A stretch of 64,000 bases of DNA from Nitrososphaeria archaeon (lineage in GTDB: Archaea; Thermoproteota; Nitrososphaeria; JACIWG01): contig JBEKIG010000002.1 of the NCBI GenBank assembly GCA_050011875.1, positions 96,001-160,000 on the forward strand, read 5' to 3'. Positions within the stretch are counted from its first letter, which is position 1; the number at the start of each line of letters is the position of its first letter. This document shows positions 53,324 to 64,000 of the stretch, one piece after another. The notes under the pieces are model-generated. The model did not search any database. It was not told where the DNA came from and saw nothing but the letters and a program-made list of their open reading frames with translations. Both the position numbers and the translations under genes were made by a program.

Positions 53324-55024
53324 GTGATAATAAATTTGGTTGAAATCTCTGGCGCTCAGGCTCTTATCGAGTCCTTGAAGAGAGAGAAGGTTAAAGAAAT
53401 CTTCGGAATCCCTGGAGGATCCGTGCTACCTTTATACGACGCCCTCTACAAATCGGGTATAAGACATATTCTAGCCCATCACGAGCAGTGCGCTGCACAT
53501 ATGGCTGACGGCTACGCTCGAGCAAGCGGCTTCCCAGGTACATGTATAGCCACATCTGGGCCCGGTGCCACAAATATTGTAACAGGCATAGCTACAGCAT
53601 ACATGGACTCATCGCCTATTATAGCCTTCACAGGGCAGGTTGTCAGGGCGATGATAGGAAAGGACGGGTTCCAAGAGGCGGACATCATAGGTATAACGAC
53701 TCCAATCACTAAATATAATGTTCAAGTAAAAGATGCGTTAGAAATACCTACGACAGTTAAAAAAGCCTTCTATATAGCTTCAACAGGTAGGCCTGGCCCC
53801 GTTCTGGTAGATCTTCCCAAAGATGTGCAGACAGAATCAGCCGAGATGGACTTTTCATCCACATTTGAACTCAGAGGCTACAAGCCGAATACAGACCCAC
53901 ATCCGATACAGGTTAAAAGAGCCGTAGAACTTCTGCTCATGGCTGAACGTCCCATCATGTTGGCAGGCGGCGGTGTAATAATTTCAAATTCCTCGCAAGA
54001 GGCACTTAAACTAGCCGAATTATTGCTGATGCCTATCGCAACGTCTTTAATGGGTAAGGGAAGCATTCCAGAAACCCATCCTCTATCCTTAGGAATGGTT
54101 GGCATGCACGGAAAAGCCGAAGCTAATAAATTGATAACCGAATCCGACGTTCTATTGGCAGTGGGTCTACGTTTTTCAGACAGGACAACATGTCGATTGG
54201 ACCAGTTCTGCCCAGATGCCAAGATAATACACATAGACATCGACTCTGCAGAGATTGGAAAGAACGCTAAAGTCGACTTGCCTATAGTGGCTGATGCGAA
54301 GAAAACCCTGACGCAGATTTATGAGCAGATAGTTCAAAAGACGATCAAGAGAGAAAAGTCGACCTGGTTTGATAGAATTCAACAGGTTAAAAATCAACTG
54401 CAGAATAAGAATCACAACAATGGAGTCAGTATAAAGCCTTCGGATATAATAACTGAGTTAAGGAGAAGCCTGCCGAATAACGCTATTGTGACCACAGAAG
54501 TAGGTCAACATCAGATGTGGGCCGCCCTCTATTTCCAAGCTCTTGAACCCAGAACTTTCATAACTTCCGGGGGACTAGGAACGATGGGTTTCGGCTTTCC
54601 TGCGGCACTTGGCGCCAAGGTAGCTAAACCGGATGTACCCGTAGTTGACATAGCTGGAGACGGCAGTTTCATAATGACCGAGCAGGATTTAGCAACTTCT
54701 ACCTTGGAGAAAATACCTATAACCGTAGTCATATTGAACAACTCTATGCTCGGTATGGTCGCACAGTGGCAAAGGTTCTTCTATGACAGGCGATACTCTG
54801 CTTCTGAGTTAAAGAACGTTCCCGATTTCATCAAACTCGCAGAGGCGTATGGTGCGCATGGAGTTCGCGTGGAATCGTGTGAGGATTTTTCGAGGGCGAT
54901 CAAGAATGTGCTGAAAAGCGAAATAACCACGGTTATAGATGTCCCAATTTCCCCAGAAGAAAACGTGCTTCCAATGGTTCCTGCAGGGATGGGGTTAAAG
55001 GATATGATGGTTGATAGTGAATAA
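53324..55024 (+). CDS. ilvB: Acetolactate synthase large subunit
   Basis: [42 protein letters not shown]...NN. Confidence 0.95.
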   Translation: MIINLVEISGAQALIESLKREKVKEIFGIPGGSVLPLYDALYKSGIRHILAHHEQCAAHMADGYARASGFPGTCIATSGPGATNIVTGIATAYMDSSPIIAFTGQVVRAMIGKDGFQEADIIGITTPITKYNVQVKDALEIPTTVKKAFYIASTGRPGPVLVDLPKDVQTESAEMDFSSTFELRGYKPNTDPHPIQVKRAVELLLMAERPIMLAGGGVIISNSSQEALKLAELLLMPIATSLMGKGSIPETHPLSLGMVGMHGKAEANKLITESDVLLAVGLRFSDRTTCRLDQFCPDAKIIHIDIDSAEIGKNAKVDLPIVADAKKTLTQIYEQIVQKTIKREKSTWFDRIQQVKNQLQNKNHNNGVSIKPSDIITELRRSLPNNAIVTTEVGQHQMWAALYFQALEPRTFITSGGLGTMGFGFPAALGAKVAKPDVPVVDIAGDGSFIMTEQDLATSTLEKIPITVVILNNSMLGMVAQWQRFFYDRRYSASELKNVPDFIKLAEAYGAHGVRVESCEDFSRAIKNVLKSEITTVIDVPISPEENVLPMVPAGMGLKDMMVDSE

Positions 55025-55026
55025 AA

Positions 55027-55560
55027 ATGTCGGTTAAACAGACATATGTAATAGGTGCTCTTGTCGAGAATAAACCTGGTGTCCTATATGAAGTTTCGAA
55101 CATGTTCAGAAGGAGAGGTTTTAATATAGAAAGCATATCCGTGGGTGTCACAGAGCAGAAGGACCTTTCTAGGATGACGATAACGGTTAACGGGGATGAA
55201 AGGACAATCGAACAGGTCATTAAGCAACTGAACAAAATCATCAACGTAGTGAAGGTTTCGATACTGAATCCAAAAACTACTGTAGTAAGAGAGATGGCGC
55301 TTATCAAGGTGCACACGACGGATTCGAAGGCTAGGTCCGACGTTATCCAGTATGTCGACGTTTTTAGAGGCCATATAGTCGACGTCTCATCAGACTCACT
55401 TATAGCTGAGATAACAGGTGACTCCGAAAAAATTGACGCATTCATAGAATTGGTTACATCCTTCGGCATCAAGGAAGTTGCTCGGACAGGTATCACAGCT
55501 CTGTCACGAGGCGCAAAAGTTATTAAGAGTAGTCAAGAGTTGGTTAAGGAGGCTATTTGA
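55027..55560 (+). CDS. ilvN: Acetolactate synthase small subunit
   Basis: [30 protein letters not shown]. Confidence 0.95.
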   Translation: MSVKQTYVIGALVENKPGVLYEVSNMFRRRGFNIESISVGVTEQKDLSRMTITVNGDERTIEQVIKQLNKIINVVKVSILNPKTTVVREMALIKVHTTDSKARSDVIQYVDVFRGHIVDVSSDSLIAEITGDSEKIDAFIELVTSFGIKEVARTGITALSRGAKVIKSSQELVKEAI

Positions 55561-55561
55561 A

Positions 55562-56557
55562 ATGGTAAAGATATATTATGACAAAGATGTGGACGTATCA
55601 GTTTTAGAAGGAAAAAAAATAGCGGTTATAGGCTATGGCAGCCAGGGAAACGCTCAGGCAAACTGCCTAAAGGACTCCGGACTAAATGTAATAATAGGCT
55701 TGCGGCCTAAAGGGAAATCTTGGGAGAAAGCTGAGAAAGATGGATTTGATGTCTATGCAATAGATGATGCGGTTAAGAGAAGTGACATCATTCATATTCT
55801 CATACCCGACACCGCTCAGCCTTCAGTCTACAAGGAGCTGATTGCGCCATATCTAAAACCCGGAAAGGCTTTAGGTTTTTCGCACGGTTTTAACATCCAT
55901 TTTAAAACCATCGTTCCCCCCCACGACGTAGATGTCATTATGGTAGCTCCAAAGGGACCCGGACCCTCAGTTCGGGAATTATATCTAAGCAAATTTGGAG
56001 TTCCGTCTTTGATAGCCGTACAGCAAGACTACTCAGGTAAGGCGAAGCAAACAGCTCTGGCAATAGCCAAATCCCTCGGAAGCACAAAAGCAGGTGTCAT
56101 AGAGACGACATTTAAGGATGAAACTGAAAGCGACCTTATAGGAGAGCAGATAGTCCTTGTCGGAGGGATAATTGAGCTTATAAGAAATGGATTCGAAGTC
56201 CTTGTCAAACTCGGATATCCACCGGAGCTGTCTTACTTTGAAGCGTGCAATGAAGCTAAACTTATCATCGACCAGATCTATTCAAGCGGCATATCAGGTA
56301 TGCTTATGGCCGTCTCGGACACCGCCAAGTATGGTGGGATGACCGTCGGGCCCAAGGTGATAGATGCTCATGTAAGAGAGAATATGGAGAAGGCTGCAAA
56401 AAGGGTTCAAAATGGCGAATTTGCCAAAGAATGGTTGAAAGAAGATGCAGAAGGAAGGAAAGTCTTTAATTCTTTACTGAAACAGTGGCAGGAACATCAG
56501 CTAGAGAAAGTTGGCGCTTCAATGCGGTCGATGTCTGGAGTTGGAAAAAAGAAGTAA
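55562..56557 (+). CDS. ilvC: Ketol-acid reductoisomerase
   Basis: MVKIYYD start, [37 protein letters not shown]. Confidence 0.95.
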   Translation: MVKIYYDKDVDVSVLEGKKIAVIGYGSQGNAQANCLKDSGLNVIIGLRPKGKSWEKAEKDGFDVYAIDDAVKRSDIIHILIPDTAQPSVYKELIAPYLKPGKALGFSHGFNIHFKTIVPPHDVDVIMVAPKGPGPSVRELYLSKFGVPSLIAVQQDYSGKAKQTALAIAKSLGSTKAGVIETTFKDETESDLIGEQIVLVGGIIELIRNGFEVLVKLGYPPELSYFEACNEAKLIIDQIYSSGISGMLMAVSDTAKYGGMTVGPKVIDAHVRENMEKAAKRVQNGEFAKEWLKEDAEGRKVFNSLLKQWQEHQLEKVGASMRSMSGVGKKK

Positions 56558-56590
56558 TTTTTTCTTTTATACTCGCTTGGTGGCATAACA

Positions 56591-57847
56591 ATGAATATAA
56601 TCGAGAAGATAATGGCTAAAGCTTCTGGCAGAAAGTATGTTAACGCAGGTGACATAATAGAGGCTGAAATCGATAAAGCCATGATGAATGATATAACAGC
56701 CCCATTAGCCGTCGAAGCTTTCAAAGAGATGGGAGGAAAAGAGGTCTGGAAAAAGGACCGTATAATAATCGTTTTAGATCATCTAGTTCCCGCCAACTCT
56801 GAACAGTCCGCCAACTTACATAGGATTCTCAGAACCTTCGCCAATAATCAGGGTATAAAAAATTTTTATGACGTTGGAAGAGGGGGAGTATGCCACCAGA
56901 TAATGATGGAGAATCATGCCAAACCTGGGGAAATGATTGTCGGTGCCGATTCCCATACCTGCACCTATGGTGCGGTTGGCGCTTTCGCTACAGGAATAGG
57001 CTCCACGGAAATCGCTTCAGTGTTATTGACGGGTAAACTATGGTTTAAGGTTCCGAAGGCTGTTAAAATCATTGTCAACGGAGAGCTTAAGCCTCCGGTC
57101 GCACCGAAAGATCTTATTCTCTATACAATCGGACAGTTCAAAGCAGATGGCGCAACTTACATGGGGATAAACTTCTCAGGAGATGCCGTACATAAAATGA
57201 GCGTTGATGGAAGGATGACTATATGCAACATGGTCGTCGAGATGGGCGCGAAAAATGGCATAGTCGAGCCTGACGATAGAACCGCCGAGTTTCTAAAAGC
57301 CAGGAAGCTAACACCCTTCGGTTTTGTAAAAGAAGATCCTGATGCAGAATATGATAGGGTCGTAGAATACGAAGCTCCTGAACTCGAATCTATGGTCGCC
57401 CTTCCTCCATCAGTCGATAACGTCAAGCCCGTTTCCGAAGTCAGAAATGTGGAAATAGATCAGGCTGTAATCGGATCTTGCACAAATGGGCGTCTAGAGG
57501 ATCTGCGTATAGCCGCAAAAATCCTGCGTGGAAGGAAAGTGAAGAAAGGTGTAAGAGCTTTAGTTATTCCTGCTTCACAGGAGGTCTACATGGAGGCAAT
57601 GAGAGAGGAGCTGCTAGAAACCTTCATTGATTCCGGTGTTCTCGTATGTAACCCCAACTGTGGACCATGCTATGGTGGACATCTAGGTTTACTTGCAGCT
57701 GGTGAATCCTGCGTAAGCAGCACAAATAGAAATTTCATAGGTCGAATGGGTAGCCCTAAAGCTATGGTCTACCTCGCTTCACCTGCAACTGTTGCCGCAT
57801 CGGCCGTCACTGGAAAAATAACTGACCCAAAAGTTTTCGAGGCTTAA
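56591..57847 (+). CDS. leuC: 3-isopropylmalate dehydratase large subunit
   Basis: DH, GVCHQ, DSHTCTYGA, IGSCTNGR, CGPC, STNRNF. Confidence 0.9.
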   Translation: MNIIEKIMAKASGRKYVNAGDIIEAEIDKAMMNDITAPLAVEAFKEMGGKEVWKKDRIIIVLDHLVPANSEQSANLHRILRTFANNQGIKNFYDVGRGGVCHQIMMENHAKPGEMIVGADSHTCTYGAVGAFATGIGSTEIASVLLTGKLWFKVPKAVKIIVNGELKPPVAPKDLILYTIGQFKADGATYMGINFSGDAVHKMSVDGRMTICNMVVEMGAKNGIVEPDDRTAEFLKARKLTPFGFVKEDPDAEYDRVVEYEAPELESMVALPPSVDNVKPVSEVRNVEIDQAVIGSCTNGRLEDLRIAAKILRGRKVKKGVRALVIPASQEVYMEAMREELLETFIDSGVLVCNPNCGPCYGGHLGLLAAGESCVSSTNRNFIGRMGSPKAMVYLASPATVAASAVTGKITDPKVFEA

Positions 57848-57853
57848 TTAAAT

Positions 57854-58351
57854 ATGAACATTATCGAGGGTAAAGTGTTGAAGTATGGGGACGGGGTTAA
57901 CACTGACGTTATTATTCCAGGGAAATATCTAATTTACACCGATTACAAAGAATTAGCTAAGCATGCAATGGAAGGCATCGATCCTGATTTTTCCAAAAAA
58001 ATAAGCGAAAGAAAGATAATTGTAGCAGGAACAAACTTTGGCTGTGGCTCCAGCAGGGAACAGGCGCCTATAGCGCTCAAGTACGCTGGTGTCCAGTGTG
58101 TCTTGGCAGACTCCTTCGCAAGAATATTCTACAGAAACGCGATCAACATCGGACTGCCCATTCTAGAGTGCGACAGCATAAGTAGTAAAATTGACGATGC
58201 TGACGAACTCAGAATCGACTTTAGGAAGGGTTCAGTCGAAGATGTCAATAAAGGGATCAGGTTAGATACACATCCTGTTCCTGGTTTCCTTTTGGAAATA
58301 ATGGAGAAAGGTCTAGTCAAATATATAAAAGAGAAGAGGGATAAAATATGA
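57854..58351 (+). CDS. leuD: 3-isopropylmalate dehydratase small subunit
   Basis: NTDVIIPGKYL, NFGCGSSREQA, SFARIFYRN. Confidence 0.9.
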   Translation: MNIIEGKVLKYGDGVNTDVIIPGKYLIYTDYKELAKHAMEGIDPDFSKKISERKIIVAGTNFGCGSSREQAPIALKYAGVQCVLADSFARIFYRNAINIGLPILECDSISSKIDDADELRIDFRKGSVEDVNKGIRLDTHPVPGFLLEIMEKGLVKYIKEKRDKI

Positions 58352-59376
58352 AATCTTATACAATTTCCCTGATACCGGGTGACGGTATTGGGCCTGAACA
58401 AACAGATGCTACACTTAAGGTCTTGGAAGCTGTTCAGAAGAAGAATGCAATCGTATTAAACATGGTCAAAACTGAAGCTGGGGACGAATGTTATAAGAAG
58501 AAGGGTGCTGCTCTCCCTCAAGACAGCTTAGAAACCATCAAATCTTCAGATGCCTGTTTGAAGGGACCTGTTGGTGAAACCGCAGCAGACGTCATCGTCA
58601 AGTTAAGGCTGATCTTTGACCTATACGCGAACATTAGACCAATCAAAGCCTACCCCAACGTGCCAACTATGGCTCCTGGATTAGACTTTGTCATCGTCAG
58701 GGAGAACACGGAGGACGTCTATAGAGGAATAGAGTTCGACTTGGACAAAGATTCAGCTGTCTGCATGAGAATTATTACGAGACGTGGAAGCGAGAGAATC
58801 GCGCGATATGCCTTTGAAATCGCGTCAAAACGTAAGAAGAAATTCAAGGTTACGGCCGTTAACAAGGCAAACGTTATGAAGAAGACGTGCGGCCTTTTTC
58901 TCCAAGCTTGTCGAGACGTAGCAAAATCGTATCAAGGAATAACGTTGGAGGAAATGTATGTGGACAACGCCGCTATGCAGCTGATTAAGAGACCTTATGA
59001 GTTTGACGTATTGGTTACTACAAACATGTTCGGTGACATACTTTCAGATGAGGCGTCCATCCTTGTCGGAGGCCTTGGGATGGCTCCTGGAGCGAACATC
59101 GGCGACAGCTTTGCCCTATTTGAGCCTGTACACGGCTCCGCGCCAAAGTATGCCGGTAAACAGATTGCGAATCCTTGTTCAATGATCCTAGCATCAAAAA
59201 TGATGTTTGAATGGCTTGGACAGAAATACTCGGACAATAGATGTGTGAAGGCTGCAGAGAGTATAGACAACGCTGTAGCTAAAACATTGGAGATGGGTTT
59301 TTTAACCCAAGACCTTGGTGGAAACGTCAAAACAGGAGATTTCGGAGAAGCTGTAGCTAAGCAAATATTAGGTTGA
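58348..59376 (+). CDS. leuB: 3-isopropylmalate dehydrogenase
   Basis: GDGIGPE, RENTE, KANV, NMFGDILSD, FEPVHGSAP. Confidence 0.88.
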   Translation: MKSYTISLIPGDGIGPEQTDATLKVLEAVQKKNAIVLNMVKTEAGDECYKKKGAALPQDSLETIKSSDACLKGPVGETAADVIVKLRLIFDLYANIRPIKAYPNVPTMAPGLDFVIVRENTEDVYRGIEFDLDKDSAVCMRIITRRGSERIARYAFEIASKRKKKFKVTAVNKANVMKKTCGLFLQACRDVAKSYQGITLEEMYVDNAAMQLIKRPYEFDVLVTTNMFGDILSDEASILVGGLGMAPGANIGDSFALFEPVHGSAPKYAGKQIANPCSMILASKMMFEWLGQKYSDNRCVKAAESIDNAVAKTLEMGFLTQDLGGNVKTGDFGEAVAKQILG

Positions 59377-59385
59377 GTTGATGAT

Positions 59386-60906
59386 TTGACTGAAAAGTCA
59401 GTGGATAAAATAAGAATATTTGACACAACTTTAAGAGACGGCGATCAAACGCCTGGCGTTTTTTTATCACCCGAAGATAAGGTTACCATCGCTAGGCAGC
59501 TCGACAGATTAGGAGTAGATGCGATTGAGGCAGGTACACCTGTGTCATCTAAAGGAGAATTCGAAGCCGTACGGCTTATTGCCAATGAGGGATTGAATGC
59601 TGAGATATTTGGATTAGCAAGGGTTGTAAAAGAGGATGTGGACGCTGTTGTAAGCAGTGGTCTAAAGTATGTCCATATTTTTATAGCGACCTCTGATATA
59701 CATCTCAAACATAAACTGAGGATGACGAGAGAGCAAGCTATCCAAAAGTCGTTGGAGGTCATAGATTACGCTAAATCATATGGAATATCGGTTGAGTTTT
59801 CAGCCGAAGACGCAACGAGAACAGAGATAGGTTTCCTAAAGGAATTTTATAAGGCGGTGGTTGGGGCGGGTGTAATTCGAATCAACATCCCAGATACTGT
59901 AGGAATCATGACTCCTAATAGGATGTTCCAACTTGTAAAAGAAGTTCGAGCTTCCGTTGATAAACCAATCAGCGTTCATTGCCATAACGATTTTGGTATG
60001 GCGGTTGCAAACTCTCTTGCAGGGGTAGAAGCTGGAGCAGAGCAGATCCATGTTACAATTAACGGCTTAGGAGAAAGAGCAGGAAACGCTGCGCTGGAGG
60101 AAACCGTGACCGCACTTAATTTGCTGTATAATAAAAAGACGAATATTAAAAATGAATTAATCTATCAGACTTCTCAGCTTGTTTCAAAGCTCACAAGGAT
60201 ACCTGTTCAACCGAATAAGGCGGTGGTCGGAGAGAATGCGTTTACGCACGAGGCTGGAATCCACACTCACGGCCTCGTGTCCATGCCTTTGACCTATGAG
60301 CCCATGCCACCAGAATTTGTTGGACGTTCTAGGAAGATAATCCCAGGGAAACATTCAGGCAGACATGGGATAAAGGCTCAGTTGGAAGGTTGGGGTTTAC
60401 GTCCTACGGACAAGCAGGTGAAGGAAATAACGGAAGAAGTGAGGGCGATAGGCGAAAAGGGTAAAGTGGTTACAGACACAGATCTCGCTGATATAGCCAA
60501 GTCGGTTATGGGAGAAGCCTTTGTAGAAGAGAAAAAGATCATCGAATTGAAGGAACTCGCTGTTATGACCGGAACTAGGATGACGTCTACGGCATCCGTT
60601 AGGGTAATACTAAATGATAAGGAATACACTTCAGCTGAAACCGGTGTAGGTCCAGTTGACGCCGCAATGCGGGCGCTTCAGAAGATAACTAGAGGCCTCA
60701 ATGTCAGCCTAAAGGAGTACAGGCTTGAAGCACTCACGGGAGGTTCGGATGCGGTGGCTGAAGTCATAATAAAAGTTGAAGATAAGGACGGCAATACAGT
60801 TTCTGCTAGAGCAGCTAAAGAAGACATTGTCAAAGCAAGCGTTGAGGCGATGATAACGGGAATAAATAGGCTTCTACTCAGAAAGGGAATTTCGACTAAG
60901 GATTAG
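59386..60906 (+). CDS. leuA: 2-isopropylmalate synthase
   Basis: [43 protein letters not shown] regulatory domain. Confidence 0.85.
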   Translation: MTEKSVDKIRIFDTTLRDGDQTPGVFLSPEDKVTIARQLDRLGVDAIEAGTPVSSKGEFEAVRLIANEGLNAEIFGLARVVKEDVDAVVSSGLKYVHIFIATSDIHLKHKLRMTREQAIQKSLEVIDYAKSYGISVEFSAEDATRTEIGFLKEFYKAVVGAGVIRINIPDTVGIMTPNRMFQLVKEVRASVDKPISVHCHNDFGMAVANSLAGVEAGAEQIHVTINGLGERAGNAALEETVTALNLLYNKKTNIKNELIYQTSQLVSKLTRIPVQPNKAVVGENAFTHEAGIHTHGLVSMPLTYEPMPPEFVGRSRKIIPGKHSGRHGIKAQLEGWGLRPTDKQVKEITEEVRAIGEKGKVVTDTDLADIAKSVMGEAFVEEKKIIELKELAVMTGTRMTSTASVRVILNDKEYTSAETGVGPVDAAMRALQKITRGLNVSLKEYRLEALTGGSDAVAEVIIKVEDKDGNTVSARAAKEDIVKASVEAMITGINRLLLRKGISTKD

Positions 60907-60954
60907 AAAGTTACCTCGAAATTGGAACTGTTATCAAATTACAACATTTGCTTT

Positions 60955-62550
60955 TTAGCCTTTTAGAGTATAGAAACCGTATTTTAGGATGTCATAGTAA
61001 AGGTCCTCAAGAGTGAAGTTCGTCTTTTTGCCACAAACACACTCAAAGGTCAAGTAACCTTTCTTAAATAGGCTTTGAATGTGTTCTGGATGAAGGTAGA
61101 AAATGGTTTGCACCTTACATGAAGTACACCCCATCAGCCAGCCTCTTTGGAAGTGTTTGCCAGGAGAAAGACTTTTGCTTAGGACGCCAACTGCCTCATC
61201 CCTTAATTGGATTTCCTTGTTCAACTTCGGAATCTTTTCCGCTTCAGACTTTATCTTAGTATATTCTGCTGTAAGCCTGTTTATCTGTTCTTTAACCTAT
61301 TCGTGCTCCTTTTTCGATACGATATCCATCTTCACAAGGTCAGATAAGTCCCTTATGAGCTGTTGTTTTGCTCCTTCTACTTCAGCCTTAGAGAAAAATA
61401 TGTAGCCTTTCCTCTTTTGTTCTAGTGCACGAGTGAGCCTTTCCGTTAAAGTACTAAGTTGATTTTCAGAAATATCCCTCGAGTTAAGCATATCGACGAT
61501 TGCTTGGGCAAATTGAATCTCCACCTGCATTTCCTCCATTTGCTTTTTGAGTGTTTCAATATTTCCTGTAAGTTCATCTATTGTTTTCTGGGCCTTTTTC
61601 TTTTCATCTTCTAGCTTACTGTGCAAATTTTCAACACGAATTTCGTGCTCATTTTGCAGTTTCACTTTTTGTTCATCAAATGTCCTTTTCAGTTTATCGT
61701 TAAGTTCGATAAAACCTTGATTCGTTTGCTGTAGTTTTGATGAGGTTTCGTTGTCTTTTGCAATAATTGTTTCTAAAGTCTCTTTCGCGCGTTGAAGGCT
61801 GTCAACTGCTTCTACAAGGCTTCCGTATTTAGATAGAAGAGACGAAAGCATCTTAGATGCATTCTCTGGATCTAGACCATTTTTATTTAACTCCTTTGCC
61901 AAAACTTCAGCTGTATTTGGTATGAAGCCTAGCTTCTCGAGAATAAGCTGATTCTCTATAATTGCATCTAATATTTCGAATGTAATATTGTGTTGTGAGG
62001 TCTTATCCTGTAACTTCTTGAGTTTATCAAGTTCCTTTATCAAATTCCTAAGAGCTTCGCATTCCCCCTCCAATTTCTTCTTATTTTCAGTCAGATCTGC
62101 AACTTCTTCTATCTTCTCTTTGAAATCTTCAAGTATTTCGGAATAGCTCACGCCTTTCTGCTCTGCGAGGGCGTAGAATTCTCTACTCTGCAAAAGTATC
62201 TTTGAAGCGTCCTTACCGTATGATGATATTTGGGATATCGCGTCAGAAGCTGTTTCAATATCTATTTTGATTTTTTCGAGCTCGCTAACCAAATGGGCGC
62301 CCTTTAAAACCTGCTCTATGCTACTCTTATTCTTGTTGATAAGTATAGTGATTCTTCTCAATTCATCAAGTTCTGGAAATTCCTTTCTGAGCTCGTTCAA
62401 ATCCTTTGACAATTTTCCGACGCTTTCGCCTGTTTTATCTCTAATGGTGCTAAAATTTCCACCGTTCAACCACATCTTTATTGCCTTCTTCCTAACCAAT
62501 GGATCCTTCTTCCTCAAAACTATATACCGATAATTTAAATGGATGTGCAT
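60955..62550 (-). pseudogene. HTH + long coiled coil + C-terminal Zn-ribbon protein, split by one in-frame TAG
   Basis: 61297..62550 continues in frame past TAG 61297-61299 (VKEQINRLTAEYTKIKSEAEKIPKLNKEIQ...) into CTSC...CVCG. Confidence 0.7.
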
Positions 62551-62557
62551 TTTTAAA

Positions 62558-62622
62558 TGTTCTTTTGTTCAAATAAACTGTTCAAAAGTTCACATAAATT
62601 GTTCATATGTTCACATGTTCAG
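62558..62622. repeat. Seven (T)GTTC(A) direct repeats upstream of the HTH/coiled-coil gene
   Basis: GTTC at 62559, 62567, 62580, 62588, 62601, 62609, 62617 (spacing 8, 13, 8, 13, 8, 8). Confidence 0.7.
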
Positions 62623-62894
62623 ATAACAATATTAAACCAAGCACCCTAATTCAAGGCGTATCTCAGCAATATACCCCGATATAACCAAGTCTTTCCTAAT
62701 ACATTATTGATCTTTTTAAGATATGCATTGACACTTAGGAACAAAGCTTTTTTTAATGGATAATCTGATTGCCAGTTTTGAACTAAACATAATAATAATG
62801 AACAAGATATGAAAAAATGTACAATTGATTTTATAAAGGATTTTACTTTCTTCTAATTAATTATCCTAACGAAAAAGACAGATAAGCCAAGTAT

Positions 62895-62921
62895 CATGGG
62901 TTCAAATCCCACCGGGCCCGC
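62895..62921 (+). other. tRNA 3'-half remnant (possible att site)
   Basis: TGGGTTCAAATCCCACCGGGCCCGC, T-arm plus acceptor 3' strand, no matching 5' half. Confidence 0.65.
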
Positions 62922-63154
62922 TTATTGCACTTGAAATTTACTGTAACTTAAAATATTGGTATATGTATTAACAGTATGGTCTTTCCTATATAAATTCTTA
63001 TCAAGGTATTGATCAAAGTTATTCTAGTCTAATATTGAGAAGCCAAAGTTATAATTTTTCTCAAACATCAACATTTTGGAACGTAAAATGCCGTACACGG
63101 CCTTTTACCAATAATTTTTTATACTTTCCAATTTGAATAGAAAGGCGATAACAT

Positions 63155-64000
63155 TTGAGTTCAAAGGGAATATCTAAAATGCCCGCGATGAAAGCCGTGA
63201 TTAACATTCTTGAGGACGAGGGAATAAAGCACATATTTGGTATACCCGGCGCAGGAATACTGCCTTTTTATAAGTCTCTAGAAAGCTCCTATAAAATTAC
63301 GCATTATTTGATGCGACATGAAGAAGGAGCGATCCATGCGGCTGATGGGTATGCTAGAGCAAGCGGAGAAGTTGGCTTCTGCGTGTGCACATCTGGGCCT
63401 GCTGGTACAAACTTTGTAACAGGACTGTATGCAGCTAGGGTCGATTCTATCCCAATCATAGCTGTTACAGGTCAGAACGTCAGAGCTCAGTTGGGGAAGG
63501 AGGCTTTTCAGGCGGTTGATATTGCAGAAATCGTGAAATCCATTACAAAGAAAGCATACCTCGTAAAGGAAACAGCTCAACTACCTCAGGTCTTTCGCGA
63601 AGCATTCAGAATAGCCAGAGAAGGTCGTCCTGGACCTGTTCTGATCGACTTGCCTCTAGATGTTCAGAAAGGTGAAGTATTCTATGACGAGGAAAGCGAT
63701 AGCCCTCTTCCATTTTTTAATCCCCCACCTAACCCTAAGAAAGTCAAATTGGCGCTGGAAATGATTCTTGACTCAAAAAACCCAGTCTTCCTTTTGGGAG
63801 GAGGAGTGATTTTAGCTAACGCCTGCAATGAATTTGTGAAGCTCGCGGAATACTTAGGAGTTCCTGTTGTAACATCTCTTATGGGCAAAGGAGGTATTCC
63901 CCCGGACCATCCCCTTTATGCCGGTCAAGTGGGCGTTTTCGTTGACATACCTCCGGGTAACAGGGTCTTCCTTGAATCGGATCTGGTAGTGGGTTTTGGA
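63155..64000 (+). CDS. ThDP-dependent enzyme, glyoxylate carboligase/acetolactate synthase family (3'-truncated by the window)
   Basis: Manual translation MPAMKAVINILEDEG..FGIPGAGILPFY..RHEEGA..TSGPAGTNFVTGLY..KEAFQAVDI..GRPGPVLIDLPLDVQ; TTG 63155 or ATG 63179 start. Confidence 0.85.
   Translation, partial: MSSKGISKMPAMKAVINILEDEGIKHIFGIPGAGILPFYKSLESSYKITHYLMRHEEGAIHAADGYARASGEVGFCVCTSGPAGTNFVTGLYAARVDSIPIIAVTGQNVRAQLGKEAFQAVDIAEIVKSITKKAYLVKETAQLPQVFREAFRIAREGRPGPVLIDLPLDVQKGEVFYDEESDSPLPFFNPPPNPKKVKLALEMILDSKNPVFLLGGGVILANACNEFVKLAEYLGVPVVTSLMGKGGIPPDHPLYAGQVGVFVDIPPGNRVFLESDLVVGFG

Noticed and set aside
55478-55561. Extended N-terminus of ilvC in the ORF track
   Set aside because: Overlaps ilvN; the family-typical start MVKIYYD is at 55562, right after the ilvN stop.
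14213-62550. Stop-codon recoding (Sec/Pyl or alternative code) to explain single in-frame stops at 16538, 18335 and 61297
   Set aside because: The stops are TAA, TGA and TAG respectively, all in accessory genes; core genes use all three as terminators; the only tRNA seen is Cys(GCA). Ordinary nonsense mutation is simpler.
2180-63888. Numerous short ORFs antisense to or overlapping well-supported genes (e.g. 51111..51704, 54933..55496, 7936..8439, 63278..63580)
   Set aside because: Shadow ORFs of real coding sequences, with no independent motifs.

Overview
Archaeal chromosomal window, AT-rich overall. Gene content (paired MOFRL glycerate-kinase-like genes, UroD-family proteins, DUF2139, TrpB2/TrpY, TATA-type promoters) suggests a TACK lineage such as Bathyarchaeia; this is an inference. 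Core content: a complete branched-chain amino acid cluster (ilvE, cimA, ilvD, ilvBNC-leuCDBA), a trpY/trpB2 locus, glycerate/glyoxylate and sugar catabolism genes (xylB, rpe-like, GH32, Gfo/Idh/MocA) and tRNA-Cys(GCA). Accessory content: a decayed mobile region with a nonsense-split type IIG restriction-modification gene, tRNA-fragment and integrase remnants, and two GC-rich islands. The main hunt results are four. (1) An unannotated 23-codon Ile/Leu/Val-rich upstream ORF (MHILVSGKRRVLGHLIVLLIPLI) lies directly before ilvB and is a candidate archaeal leader-peptide attenuator. (2) A TrpY-box-controlled trpB2 overlaps a compact SerK-like serine kinase that could supply O-phosphoserine. (3) A helically phased (~10.4 bp) TTAAAG array abuts the ilvE promoter. 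(4) A duplicated promoter-plus-start cassette is fused to two unrelated small ORFs. No CRISPR array or rRNA was seen.
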